A stretch of 28,812 nt of DNA from a virus (taxonomy: Duplodnaviria > Heunggongvirae > Uroviricota > Caudoviricetes), in IMG/VR virus record IMGVR_UViG_2693429623_000012. One strand, 5' to 3'. Below are positions 16,593 through 25,852 of the stretch, piece after piece. A program made the translations under genes and the position numbers. The number at the start of each line of letters is the position of its first letter. Within the stretch, counting starts at the first letter, position 1. Under the pieces are notes generated by a model that was given only the letters and a program-made list of their open reading frames with translations, was not told the origin of the DNA and searched no databases.

Positions 16593-17429
16593 ATGGCTAA
16601 TGAAAAAAAGACATCCCGCAAAAAGTTTCGCGTGGCTGTCTCCGGATCAACTGTTGATGGCCGTGAAATCAGTCCGGTGCATCTGCGTGAAGCCGCCGAG
16701 AACTTCAACCCGGATGTTTACGCTGCCCGCGTGAACGTTGAGCACTATCTCTCGCCATGCCCGTCAAGCGAATTTTCCGCAATGGGCGATGTCACCGCAC
16801 TGAGTACGGAAGACATTACGGAAGGTCCGCTGGCCGGACGTACTGCGCTGTATGCAGAAATCGAACCGACCGAGCGCATGAAGCAGCTTGTCGCGGACGG
16901 CAAGAAAATCTATTCCAGTATCGAACTGCACCCGCAGTTCTCCGTTAACGGGCGCGCCTATCTGGTCGGGCTGGCGATGACCGACACCCCGGCAAGCCTG
17001 GGCACTGAGCGCCTGAAATTCACGGCACAGCAACGTCAGGCGGTGATGACGTTCAACAGTATCCAGGGTGAAGCACCGCTTATCTCCGAAGCCATCGAGT
17101 CTGAAATCATCGAAATGGCAGAACAACGCCAGGAAGAAGGCACCCAGTGGTTTAACCGCGTAATGGGGATTATTGGTCGTGGCCGCAAAGCGGATGACGC
17201 CAGTTTCTCCCGTATTCAGGAAGCGGTGGAAAGCGTCGCAACGTCACAGGCCGACATTATCGACCGTTTTAATGCGCTGGAAACACGCCATCAGCAGGAC
17301 AGCCAGAAAATCACTTTACTGACCACGGAGCTGACAGCACTGAAGGAAAAACTGCGCACGCAGGACGGCGATCCGCAGAACCGGTTCACCGCAACGGGCG
17401 CAGCCTCCGACCAGCTGGCTGACTTCTGA
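16593..17429 (+). CDS. O: Capsid scaffolding protein, P2 gpO-like (about 278 aa)
   Basis: ORF track 16560..17429; start moved to the ATG at 16593 (MANEKKTSRKKFRVAVSGSTVDGREISPVHL...), preceded by GAGGGG; parallels P2 O N-terminus (MAKKVSKFFRIGVEGDTCDGRVISAQDI..., recalled). Confidence 0.85.
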   Translation: MANEKKTSRKKFRVAVSGSTVDGREISPVHLREAAENFNPDVYAARVNVEHYLSPCPSSEFSAMGDVTALSTEDITEGPLAGRTALYAEIEPTERMKQLVADGKKIYSSIELHPQFSVNGRAYLVGLAMTDTPASLGTERLKFTAQQRQAVMTFNSIQGEAPLISEAIESEIIEMAEQRQEEGTQWFNRVMGIIGRGRKADDASFSRIQEAVESVATSQADIIDRFNALETRHQQDSQKITLLTTELTALKEKLRTQDGDPQNRFTATGAASDQLADF

Positions 17430-17452
17430 TAAGACAAAGGAGCAAATTTTTT

Positions 17453-18505
17453 ATGAATCTGGTGATGTCAGATATTACCCGCAACAAGCTGGGTTGCTAT
17501 ATGGCGCAGCAGGCGTCGCTTAACAATATCCCGGTTTCTGCACTGGTATCGCGATTTACCGTGGAACCTGCGGTGCAGCAACGTTTTGAAAACGCCTCAA
17601 AGGATAGCACCGAACTTACAAAAAAAATTAACGTGATCGGCGTGACCGACCAGAAAGGCGAAAAAATCCTCCTGGACACCACAGGACCGATTGCACGCAC
17701 AAATACCAGTTATGACGGAACAAAACGCCGTAACCCGAATAACGTGGTTGATCTGAAAAACCGCAAATACCAGTGCGAACAGGTGAACTACGACACGTTT
17801 ATTTCGTATCCGCAGCTTGATGCCTGGTCGGCACACAGCGATTTTCAGTCCCGCATCAGCGCACAGATTGCCCGACAGGTGGCACTTGACCGCATCATGA
17901 TCGGTTTCAACGGCACATCTCACGCGGATGAGTCCAACTTCAGCACCAACAAGCTGCTTCAGGACGTTAACGTGGGGTGGCTGGAGCACATCAGAACCAA
18001 TGCCAGCGAGCGCGTAATGAATGACGTGACGCTGACTTCCCGCAACATGGACAACACCGTGGCGCACGCGGGTAAATACGCGAACCCTGATGCACTGGTA
18101 CAGGACGCGCGCTCATCTCTGCTGGATGAATGGCACAAGGAAGCTGACGACCTCGTGGTGATTATGGGGCGCAACCTGTTTAACTCGCTGCGTCTGCCAG
18201 TGCTGAACAGCATCAGCGGCCAGAATCCCAATGCGGAATTACTTGCCGGGCAGCTCATCCTGTCATCGCGCACCATTGGCGGGCTGGGTGTGTTCCTTGC
18301 ACCGTTCTTCCCGGATGCAACGATGCTGATCACCTCATTCAACAACCTGTCGATTTACTGGCAGAAAGGTTCAATGCGTCGTCTGATGAAAGACGAACCG
18401 GAATACAACCGCATCGCCACCTACCAGTCCATCAATGACGCTTATGTCGTTGAAGACTATGGCAAGTGCGCGATGGTCACTGGCCTGAAGTTCGCCGACA
18501 GCTAA
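17453..18505 (+). CDS. N: Major capsid protein, P2 gpN-like (350 aa)
   Basis: ORF track 17453..18505; AAGGAG upstream; similar to P2 N (for example ...FTVEP...KYECDQ...IMIGFNGT...LSIYW...YVVEDY...). Confidence 0.9.
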   Translation: MNLVMSDITRNKLGCYMAQQASLNNIPVSALVSRFTVEPAVQQRFENASKDSTELTKKINVIGVTDQKGEKILLDTTGPIARTNTSYDGTKRRNPNNVVDLKNRKYQCEQVNYDTFISYPQLDAWSAHSDFQSRISAQIARQVALDRIMIGFNGTSHADESNFSTNKLLQDVNVGWLEHIRTNASERVMNDVTLTSRNMDNTVAHAGKYANPDALVQDARSSLLDEWHKEADDLVVIMGRNLFNSLRLPVLNSISGQNPNAELLAGQLILSSRTIGGLGVFLAPFFPDATMLITSFNNLSIYWQKGSMRRLMKDEPEYNRIATYQSINDAYVVEDYGKCAMVTGLKFADS

Positions 18506-18550
18506 TCAACTCACGGCGGGCATCATGCCCGCCTGTAACGGAGAGAAAAA

Positions 18551-19351
18551 ATGATTACTCCTGCACAGCAACACTGGCAGAACGTGATGGCACAGCGCGC
18601 AGGCCGGGCGAATGAAGGTGTGGACCACGCCGCGCGTACCGCGCATGAAGAGGTGCTGTATCGTCTGCGTCTGGCACAGGCCCGGCTTAAGGGCGTACAG
18701 GCCAGAAGCGCGAAAGCCGACATCAAAAAAGCGTTGTTGCCGGACTTTTCCGGCTGGATTGAGGGAACGCTGGAGGCTGACGGCGGGCAACAGGACGAAG
18801 TGATTGCCACGCTGATGGTGTGGGCGATTGACTGCGGCGATCTTCCGCTTGCGCTGCGTATTGGTGCGTATGCGGTCCGTCACAACCTCATCATGCCGGA
18901 TAACTTTGGCCGTACTGCTGCCACAGTGCTGACCGAAGAAATCTGCAATCCGGTACTGACGCAGGCCGGGACGGATGCCGACGCGGATTTGTCCGTCTTT
19001 ATCGAACCACTGGACACACTTTGGGAAATTGTCGCCAACCAGGATATGCCGGACGAAGTGCGCGCCAAATTATGCAAGGCGTGCGCCTTTGCCCGCCGTG
19101 GCCTGAGCGATGCGGACAGCATGGCCTCATCACTGAAGCTGCTGCGCGAAGCGATGCATCTGAACCAGAACGCAGGTGTGAAACGCGAGATTGCAACCCT
19201 TTCCCGCGCCCTGAAAAAAGCCGATTCCGCAGCCGCACCAGAAGACGCCAGCGCACAGCAGGCGCAGGACGAAAGCAGCGAAAGTAAAAAGACAACGCGG
19301 AAGCCTGCAACACGAAAAACCACCGCGACGCAGAAGGCGAAGCGCGGTTAA
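18551..19351 (+). CDS. M: Terminase small/endonuclease subunit, P2 gpM-like (266 aa)
   Basis: ORF track 18551..19351; contains ...ADMPDEVRAKL...AGVKREI..., closely matching P2 M as recalled; basic C-terminal tail. Confidence 0.85.
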   Translation: MITPAQQHWQNVMAQRAGRANEGVDHAARTAHEEVLYRLRLAQARLKGVQARSAKADIKKALLPDFSGWIEGTLEADGGQQDEVIATLMVWAIDCGDLPLALRIGAYAVRHNLIMPDNFGRTAATVLTEEICNPVLTQAGTDADADLSVFIEPLDTLWEIVANQDMPDEVRAKLCKACAFARRGLSDADSMASSLKLLREAMHLNQNAGVKREIATLSRALKKADSAAAPEDASAQQAQDESSESKKTTRKPATRKTTATQKAKRG

Positions 19352-19452
19352 CGACTGACCCCGTCAGCGGGCGGCGTGCGCGGTGTTCCGGTTTGGCTCC
19401 GTGACCGTTTACACCGCGCACCCACCGCCCGATTTTTTCAGGAGTGAACCCC

Positions 19453-19947
19453 ATGAGTATGGTTGCCAGAACTGAACCCGGACCCGCAGAGGACGACATC
19501 ACCGACACCGAAGATGGCGATACCCGTATTTCAGCGGGTGCATTCTGGCCGGATATTGTGCTGCGCGAGCTGCGTCTGGCGGTACGACTGCCGGGCCGCG
19601 TGACCACCTCCCGCCTGCTGCATACCGCCACCGGGGCCGTGGCACACGTTACCCGCGAGCTGGAAGCATGGCAGCAGGAACAGCAGGCGGCTGGCCATCA
19701 GACGCTGGCCGATGTTCCGGCACCTGTAATTAACGGAGAAAGCGTCAATCTCTGGCACTGGCGCAATGCTGTTTATACCGCCACACGCGCCCTGATTCTG
19801 GAGCGTTACCGCGATGCGGACACAACGGACAAGGGCGACCGCCGGGCGGACGCACTGGATATACAGACATCGGATTTGTGGCGCGATGTGAGCTGGGCCA
19901 TCTCTGACATTCTGTGCCGCCCGCGAATCTTTGCGGAGTTGTGCTGA
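19453..19947 (+). CDS. L: Head completion/stabilisation protein, P2 gpL-like (about 164 aa)
   Basis: ORF track 19444..19947 (GTG); preferred ATG at 19453 after AGGAGTG. C-terminal part ...ADVPAPVINGESVNLWHWRNAV...DKGDRRADALDIQTSDLWRDVSWAI... matches P2 L as recalled. Confidence 0.85.
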   Translation: MSMVARTEPGPAEDDITDTEDGDTRISAGAFWPDIVLRELRLAVRLPGRVTTSRLLHTATGAVAHVTRELEAWQQEQQAAGHQTLADVPAPVINGESVNLWHWRNAVYTATRALILERYRDADTTDKGDRRADALDIQTSDLWRDVSWAISDILCRPRIFAELC

Positions 19948-20144
19948 TGAAAGTGAAGACACTGGAAGGCGACACCGTGGATTCGCTCTGTTTCCGGTAC
20001 TACGGCACGACGCAGGGCGTCACCGAAAAGGTGCTGGATGCCAACCCCGGACTCTGCCGACAGGTATTTCTGGAAGCCGGACAGGAGGTGGAAATGCCGG
20101 AGCCGGAGAAGAAAAAACAACGAGAGATGATACAGCTATGGTAA
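19947..20144 (+). CDS. X: Small tail protein, P2 gpX-like (65 aa)
   Basis: ATG at 19947 overlapping the L stop; MKVKTLEGDTVDSLCFRYYGTTQGVTEKVLDANPGL... resembles P2 X (MKTFALQGDTLDAICVRYYGRTEGVVETVLAANPGL, recalled). Confidence 0.8.
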   Translation: MKVKTLEGDTVDSLCFRYYGTTQGVTEKVLDANPGLCRQVFLEAGQEVEMPEPEKKKQREMIQLW

Positions 20145-20440
20145 CAGGTTTTTTTCAGCGGGTGAGTGACTGGATCACCTTCTGGGCATCAGTCACAGCC
20201 ACCACAATAGGCGTGATGACCATCAGTGAAAAAATCGCCCTTGCCGGGTTGTTACTCGGTTCTCTGTCTGCATTACATGCCTGGCGACATCGCCGCCTGA
20301 TGGAAACCGCCATGCAGCGTCGCAATGAACTCATCGCCAGTATCCTGGCGCAGTCAGACGCACGGCCACTTCACGACAGTGAGCGTCAGGCTCTGAACAT
20401 TCTGCGGGATAACGATACACATGATAAAGCTGCCCGTTAA
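20138..20440 (+). CDS. Holin, two predicted TM helices (100 aa)
   Basis: In-frame ATG at 20138 within ORF track 19931..20440; hydrophobic segments ITFWASVTATTIGVMTI and IALAGLLLGSLSALHAW; charged C-terminus; sits immediately before the endolysin. Confidence 0.7.
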   Translation: MVTGFFQRVSDWITFWASVTATTIGVMTISEKIALAGLLLGSLSALHAWRHRRLMETAMQRRNELIASILAQSDARPLHDSERQALNILRDNDTHDKAAR

Positions 20441-20969
20441 ACGTTACGCCGTAGCCGCCATTGTGGCGCTGGGGTTCTCCATTGCCCCTCACAAACTCCG
20501 GACCAGCCCGGAAGCGCAAATCCGCATTGCCACATGGGAGGACTGTCGCGCAACGCCTTACCGGGATATTGCCGGGGTAATGACCGTGGGGTGCGGCTCG
20601 ACCGGGCATGTGGAAAATCGTCTGTACACCGAAACGGAAGTCGCCGGGCGCTGGGTTAATGATATGCAACATGCAGAAAACTGCATAAATCAGAACTTCA
20701 GCGGCAACGCCATGCCACAGTCCGCGTTTGAGGCAATGACAGATGCCGCCTTTAATCTTGGATGCAGAAATCTTATGTGGTTCAGGGATAAGAACCGTAA
20801 CTACCACCGCACCACTATCTGGAAACATGCACAGGCGCACAACTGGCCTGACATGTGCAACAGACTGACTGACTTCGTGAACAGCGGCGGCGAACGCTCA
20901 CAGGGACTGGTTAACCGTCGTACTGATTTTCGTGCATGGTGCTTACGTGACACCGGAGGCCAGTCATGA
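20421..20969 (+). CDS. Endolysin, T4-lysozyme-like muramidase with N-terminal signal-anchor-release (SAR) segment (182 aa)
   Basis: Hydrophobic N-terminal segment YAVAAIVALGFSIAP followed by the catalytic triad spacing E-x8-D-x5-T (WEDCRATPYRDIAGVMT), as in phage P21-type SAR endolysins (established family feature). Confidence 0.8.
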   Translation: MIKLPVKRYAVAAIVALGFSIAPHKLRTSPEAQIRIATWEDCRATPYRDIAGVMTVGCGSTGHVENRLYTETEVAGRWVNDMQHAENCINQNFSGNAMPQSAFEAMTDAAFNLGCRNLMWFRDKNRNYHRTTIWKHAQAHNWPDMCNRLTDFVNSGGERSQGLVNRRTDFRAWCLRDTGGQS

Positions 20970-21439
20970 AAGTGCGTTACATCCTGATGATGGCACTGAC
21001 CGTCCTCACGCTGCTGACCATAACACTCTGGCAGACATTCAGACTGGGGCAGGAAGACGGACACAACCGTTATACACAGGCGCAACTGGACGATTACAGC
21101 CGGACCCTGAAAGAGGCCGGCACCATCATCAGCACCGCATCCGGTGTACTGCGTGACGTCATGACAGCGCGCCAGAACCGACAACAGGAAGGGGAAATCC
21201 GACGTGAACAGCTACGCAACGATATCACGACAGATGCATGTGCCCGCGCTGTTCCTGACGCTCGCTTTACTGAGCGGTTGCACCAGCACGCAGAACGCGT
21301 CCGCGCCGCCGCCGTCGTTCCGTTTCATCCCGGAAGGGCTGACCGCCCCCGTACTTCCCCCGCCGTTTCCGGTGACGCCATCATGGGGAAACATCGGGAT
21401 ATGGAGCGACAGCCTCATGGACGCACTGGAAACCTGTAA
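20966..21439 (+). CDS. Inner-membrane spanin component (Rz/LysB-like, 157 aa)
   Basis: N-terminal TM helix (ILMMALTVLTLLTITLW) then a charged coiled-coil region; follows the endolysin; start overlaps the endolysin stop. Confidence 0.65.
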   Translation: MKVRYILMMALTVLTLLTITLWQTFRLGQEDGHNRYTQAQLDDYSRTLKEAGTIISTASGVLRDVMTARQNRQQEGEIRREQLRNDITTDACARAVPDARFTERLHQHAERVRAAAVVPFHPGRADRPRTSPAVSGDAIMGKHRDMERQPHGRTGNL

Positions 21440-21524
21440 CGCCGATAAGCGGGCCATTGAATTACTGGAACAGCGCAGGCTGCAACGACTGAACAACGAG
21501 GACAACAACCATGCTGAAAACTGA
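21234..21524 (+). CDS. Outer-membrane lipoprotein spanin component (Rz1/LysC-like), embedded out of frame in and extending beyond the i-spanin gene
   Basis: ORF track 21204..21524 (GTG); ATG at 21234 gives MHVPALFLTLALLSGC with a lipobox, followed by a Pro-rich region, typical of o-spanins. Confidence 0.55.
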   Translation: MHVPALFLTLALLSGCTSTQNASAPPPSFRFIPEGLTAPVLPPPFPVTPSWGNIGIWSDSLMDALETCNADKRAIELLEQRRLQRLNNEDNNHAEN

Positions 21525-21978
21525 TTCCCTGCGTGAAGCCATGACCCGTTCATGCCGGTGGTGTCATGCCAACCCGGAAAAATTCACCATTTTCGTGGAG
21601 AGCGGCAACATTGAAACGACCGGAGAAACCCCATCGTTTGTTTACCGCTATCAGATAGTGATGTTTGTCATGGATTACGCCGGAGAGCTGGACGACCTCA
21701 CGCTGCCGCTGCTGGCGTGGTTATCCGAAAATCAGCCACAGTTGTTGCTCAATCCGGAGCGTAATCAGGACATCAAATTTTCCGCCGTTATCAATGACGA
21801 TGACAGCGCCGATCTCCTGTTTACGCTCCCCCTGCGGGAACGCGTTCGCATCACGCGCAGCAGTCAGGGCACACCGCAGGCAGAACACCTGCCGGAGCCA
21901 AAACCCCGCCTGCCCTCTTCCGAAGGCGACTGGTCGCATGTATTCCAGGATGTGACGTGGGGGGAAAGCGATGGATAA
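21511..21978 (+). CDS. R: Tail completion protein, P2 gpR-like (155 aa)
   Basis: ORF track 21511..21978; same length as P2 R; MLKTDSLREAM...LPLLAWLSENQP... parallels P2 R (MLKPDSLRRAL...VPVLAWLRENQP..., recalled). Confidence 0.8.
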   Translation: MLKTDSLREAMTRSCRWCHANPEKFTIFVESGNIETTGETPSFVYRYQIVMFVMDYAGELDDLTLPLLAWLSENQPQLLLNPERNQDIKFSAVINDDDSADLLFTLPLRERVRITRSSQGTPQAEHLPEPKPRLPSSEGDWSHVFQDVTWGESDG

Positions 21979-22606
21979 GGCATTCACCCGCGTGGATGAA
22001 ACCTTTGAGGCTATCCGCGACAGCCTGAATCAGCAGGCCATTAATAACATCGCCAGAAAGCTGGCACAGGATTTACGCCGCGCCCAGCAGGCGCGTATCC
22101 GGTCACAGAAAGCGCCGGACGGGACCGCATGGACACCACGCAGACGCCGCGTAACCCGGATACAGGAGCGCATTCGCTTTATCTGGAATAACGAAGCACG
22201 CACGCTGAAAAACTGGCATCACGACACGGGGAAATACGGGCGAACCATCACCGGGTGGGATGAGGATAAAAACAATATCCGCACGTTTTACCGGGATGAC
22301 ATCGACCGTTTTCTGGAAATACGCACCCGGCGCATCAACCAGGACAGCACCAGGCGCGTCTCCATGTTCGTAAAACTGCGCACCGCCCGCTACCTGAAAG
22401 CCCGTGCAGATGCTTCCGGTGTGACGGTGGGTTACAGCGGCGTGGCCGCACGTATTGCACGCGTTCATCAGTTCGGTGAGCGCGATCAGGTTGCGCCGGG
22501 CATTTTCACCGATTACCCGGTACGTGAGCTGCTGGGTATCAGCCAGGCAGATGAGCGCCTGATTTATAACACGGTGCTGGGCCGGATTGCGGAGGCTGTA
22601 CGATGA
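21971..22606 (+). CDS. S: Virion morphogenesis/tail completion protein, P2 gpS family (211 aa)
   Basis: ORF track 21971..22606; N-terminal region ...IARKLAQDLRRAQQARIRSQKAPDGTAWTP... is typical of the family; position between R and V. Confidence 0.7.
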   Translation: MDKAFTRVDETFEAIRDSLNQQAINNIARKLAQDLRRAQQARIRSQKAPDGTAWTPRRRRVTRIQERIRFIWNNEARTLKNWHHDTGKYGRTITGWDEDKNNIRTFYRDDIDRFLEIRTRRINQDSTRRVSMFVKLRTARYLKARADASGVTVGYSGVAARIARVHQFGERDQVAPGIFTDYPVRELLGISQADERLIYNTVLGRIAEAVR

Positions 22607-23184
22607 GCGCAGAACTCATGCGACTGCTGAGCAATATCATCCGCACCGGGATCATCTCTGAAGTTGATGAGGAATCCTGGTGCGTGCGCGTTCGCAGCGG
22701 CGAACTGGAAACAGGCTGGCTGCGCTGGAACACCACGCGCGCGGGAGACTTCAACGTGTGGTTTCCGCCATCACCAGGCGAACAGGTGGCAATTGCCTGC
22801 ATCGGCGGCAACCCGGAAACCGCCATGATAATCGGCAGCCTGTGGAGTGATGCCATTCCGGCACCCGGCAAAAGCCTGAAAGAAATCGTGGTCAGCGCGC
22901 CGGACGGCGCGGTGTTCCGCTACGACGCGGACGCAGGCGCACTGAGCGCAAGCGGCATGAAAACGGCCACTTTGCAGGCATCCATCAGCGTGACACTGAA
23001 CACGCCTGTCGTGGAATGCACAGACCTTCTGAGAACAGCGACGCTTGACGTCACAAAAGGGGGAACGATGAGCGGCAATATCACGCACAGCGGCGGCGAT
23101 TTCACCTCAAACGGCATCACAGTGCATACGCATAAGCACGGTGGCGTTAAAGGTGGCAGCGATTCGACAGGAGGCCCGCAGTGA
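22603..23184 (+). CDS. V: Baseplate spike/assembly protein, P2 gpV-like (193 aa)
   Basis: ORF track 22603..23184; ...IRTGII...GWL.W...RAG...GEQV...DGAV...TLDVTKGGTMSGNITHSGGDFTSNGITVHTHKHGG... closely matches P2 V as recalled. Confidence 0.9.
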   Translation: MSAELMRLLSNIIRTGIISEVDEESWCVRVRSGELETGWLRWNTTRAGDFNVWFPPSPGEQVAIACIGGNPETAMIIGSLWSDAIPAPGKSLKEIVVSAPDGAVFRYDADAGALSASGMKTATLQASISVTLNTPVVECTDLLRTATLDVTKGGTMSGNITHSGGDFTSNGITVHTHKHGGVKGGSDSTGGPQ

Positions 23185-23531
23185 CAACCCGCTACACAGG
23201 AATGAACCCGGACGGGACGGGAAACCTGAACGATATGGCGCACCTGAAACAGTCAGTCAGGGACATCCTGACCACCCCGCTGGCAAGCCGGGTTATGCGA
23301 CGGGAATATGGCAGCCTTGTGCCTGATTTGATTGACGAACCCATGAATAACACCACGCGTCTGCAATGCATGAGTGCTACCGTGATTGCACTGACACGAT
23401 GGGAACCACGCATTGCCCTGAACGCCATCGACGTTGTCTGGAAGGCAGGAGGCCACGCCGGGGTGACGCTGTCGGGCACTGTCATGCAGACCATGCAGAA
23501 TGTTGAATTAACCATCACGCTGAGGGAGTAA
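23181..23531 (+). CDS. W: Baseplate wedge protein, P2 gpW-like (116 aa)
   Basis: ORF track 23181..23531 (GTG start overlapping the V stop); size and position match P2 W (115 aa). Confidence 0.8.
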   Translation: MTTRYTGMNPDGTGNLNDMAHLKQSVRDILTTPLASRVMRREYGSLVPDLIDEPMNNTTRLQCMSATVIALTRWEPRIALNAIDVVWKAGGHAGVTLSGTVMQTMQNVELTITLRE

Positions 23532-23534
23532 ATC

Positions 23535-24431
23535 ATGCCTGCCGTTGACCTTTCCCAGTTACCGGAACCCGCCATCATCGCGGAGCCTGACTTTGAGGCA
23601 ATTCTGGCTGACACAAAGGCCATGATGATTGCAGCTTATCCCGCCGAACAGCGTGAAGTCGTCTCCGCCGCACTGGAACTGGAATCGGAACCCCTGAACG
23701 TTATCGCTCAAACCATGTCGTTTCGTGAAATGCTGTTACGCCAGCGGGTCAATGAGGCCGCACGCGCCTGCATGTTGAGCCACAGCGCCGGAACAGACCT
23801 GGACAACCTCGCGGGCAATATGAACACAAAGCGCCTGGTTATCACTCCGGCAACGGATACCACCGACGTGGTGATGGAGAACGACACCTCGCTGAGACTG
23901 CGGGCGCAGCGGGCGTATGACGGCCTGAGTGTTGCAGGCCCGTCAGGCGCATACGAGTATTTTGCCCGCAGCGCCAGCGGTCTGGTGCGCGATGCGCGGG
24001 CCATCAGTCCGTCTCCGGCAAATGTGACGGTTTCCATCCTGTCCACTGAGGGCGACGGCACAGCAACGGAGGCGTTGCTTAATACCGTTCGCGCCGTTCT
24101 GAATGCAGAGGATACCCGCCCGGTGGCCGACCGCCTGACCGTACAGAGTGCCAGAATCGTGACATGGCGGCTGAATGCAAAACTGTACTTTTACCCCGGT
24201 CCGGAATCCGAACCTATTCTGGCTGCGGCTGAATCGTCGTTCAGGAAGTGGCTGGCTGAGCAGGGGCTTATCGGTCAGGACGTGGCGTTGTCCGCCATTG
24301 CTGCCGCACTGCATGTGCACGGTGTGCAACGCGTGGAGATAATCGAACCCACACAGAATATGGCCATCAGCGACATACAGGCGGCGCGCTGTGAGTCATT
24401 CACCATCAGCGAAGGTGGGCGTAATGAGTAA
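23535..24431 (+). CDS. J: Baseplate protein, P2 gpJ-like (298 aa)
   Basis: ORF track 23535..24431; MPAVDLSQLPEPAIIAEPDFEAILADTKAMMIAAYP... vs P2 J MPIIDLNQLPAPDVVEELDFESILAERKATLISLYP... (recalled); C-terminal ...HVHGVQRVEI... also conserved. Confidence 0.9.
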   Translation: MPAVDLSQLPEPAIIAEPDFEAILADTKAMMIAAYPAEQREVVSAALELESEPLNVIAQTMSFREMLLRQRVNEAARACMLSHSAGTDLDNLAGNMNTKRLVITPATDTTDVVMENDTSLRLRAQRAYDGLSVAGPSGAYEYFARSASGLVRDARAISPSPANVTVSILSTEGDGTATEALLNTVRAVLNAEDTRPVADRLTVQSARIVTWRLNAKLYFYPGPESEPILAAAESSFRKWLAEQGLIGQDVALSAIAAALHVHGVQRVEIIEPTQNMAISDIQAARCESFTISEGGRNE

Positions 24432-24954
24432 TTCACTGTTACCACCATCAGCCAGCAATTTCATGCGTTGTGCCGAAGCCGTCGGAACACGCATTACAGA
24501 CATTCCGGCAGACCTCAACACGCTGTGGTCGCCGGACACCTGCCCGGTGCATCTGCTGCCTTATCTCGCCTGGGCGTTTTCCGTTGACCGCTGGGATCGC
24601 AACTGGCCGGAAGAGACAAAGCGACAGGTGATTCGTGATGCATGGCTGATACACCGACACAAAGGAACCATCAGCGCCCTGCGACGGGCCATTGAGCCGC
24701 TGGGATACCTCATTCGCGTGTCTGAGTGGTGGGAGTTCAACGGCGAACCCGGAACATTCAAGATTGATGTTGGCACGCTGGACAGTGGCGTGACGGAGGA
24801 AATGTATCTGGAAATGGAGCGGTTGATTGCTGATGCCCGCCCGGTCAGCCGCCACATGACAGGGCTGAATATCATTCAGGAGATTCAGGGAGATATTTTC
24901 GCGGCAGCAGCAACTTACGACGGTGAAGTCATTACCATTTATCCGGACGATTAA
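24424..24954 (+). CDS. I: Baseplate protein, P2 gpI-like (176 aa)
   Basis: ORF track 24391..24954; start moved to the ATG at 24424 (MSNSLLPPSASNF...), overlapping the J 3' end; length equals P2 I (176 aa). Confidence 0.85.
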   Translation: MSNSLLPPSASNFMRCAEAVGTRITDIPADLNTLWSPDTCPVHLLPYLAWAFSVDRWDRNWPEETKRQVIRDAWLIHRHKGTISALRRAIEPLGYLIRVSEWWEFNGEPGTFKIDVGTLDSGVTEEMYLEMERLIADARPVSRHMTGLNIIQEIQGDIFAAAATYDGEVITIYPDD

Positions 24955-24956
24955 GC

Positions 24957-25825
24957 ATGAGTACCACAACACGAAAATTTAAAACCATTATCACCGATAC
25001 GGGTGCAAAAAAATTAGCGCAGGCAACCGCGCCAGATGGGAAACCTGTCCGCCTGACACATATGGCCGTGGGTGACGGCGGCGGTACTTTACCCACGCCA
25101 GACAGTAAGCAGACCCGTCTTGTGCATGAGGTGTGGCGACATACCGTTAATCGCGTCACCCTGGACGCAACACATCAGAACCACATTATTGCGGAGCTGG
25201 TTATTCCTCCTGAAACGGGCGGATTCTGGATCCGGGAAATTGGTGTGTTTGATGAGCACGGCGATTTGATCGCGGTAGGCAATACTGCCGAAAGTTACAA
25301 GCCAACCGTTGCCGAAGGATCCGGACGTGCACAAACATTTCGCACCATTCTGACCGTATCCAGCACTGCCACTGTGGCGCTTACCGTGGATAACACCATG
25401 GTGATGGCCACAGTGAATTACGTGGATGACAAACTGAAAGAGCATGAACAGTCACGACGTCACCCGGACGCCTCGCTGACCGCAAAAGGCCTTGTCCAGC
25501 TCAGCAACGCCACCAACAGCACGTCTGAAACGCTGGCAGCGACACCAAAAGCCGTTAAGGCAGTAATGGATGAAACGAACAAGAAAGCCCCATTAAACAG
25601 CCCGGCACTGACCGGAACGCCAACAACACCAACTGCGCGACAGGGAACGAATAATACCCAAATCGCAAGCACGGCTTTCGTTATGGCTGCGATTGCCGCA
25701 CTTGTAGACTCTTCGCCTGATGCACTGAACACACTGAACGAGCTGGCGGCGGCGCTGGGCAACGACCCGAATTTTGCGACCACCATGACTAACGCGCTTG
25801 CGGGTAAGCAACCGAAAGATGCCAC
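24957..25825 (+). CDS. H: Tail fibre protein, P2 gpH-like, 3' end truncated by assembly gap
   Basis: ORF track 24957..25907 runs through the N run; only 24957..25825 is real sequence. Follows I as in P2. The C-proximal part shares a near-identical segment with the downstream stf gene. Confidence 0.85.
25493..25825. repeat. Copy 1 of a ~330-bp near-identical direct repeat (tail-fibre module shared by H and stf)
   Basis: 25493-25825 aligns with 27740-28072; exact identity over at least 90 bp (25606-25698 vs 27852-27949), scattered mismatches elsewhere. Copy 1 ends exactly at the N gap. Confidence 0.9.
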
Positions 25826-25852
25826 NNNNNNNNNNNNNNNNNNNNNNNNNNN
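25826..25852. other. Assembly gap (27 N) joining P2-like and lambdoid material
   Basis: Run of n characters placed at the end of the shared repeat; sequence on the two sides belongs to different phage modules. Confidence 0.99.

Larger units (their letters stand above)
2998..25825. mobile_element. P2-like (Peduovirus-type) prophage; left end somewhere in 2915-3106, right end not reached (truncated by assembly gap)
   Basis: P2 gene order and orientation: int, C (minus); cox-like, A (plus); accessory locus; Q, P (minus); O N M L X lysis R S V W J I H (plus). Products recognisably similar to P2 Int, C, A, Q, P, O, N, M, L, X, R, S, V, W, J, I. Boundaries not mapped: no att repeat can be found without the right end. 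Confidence 0.8.
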
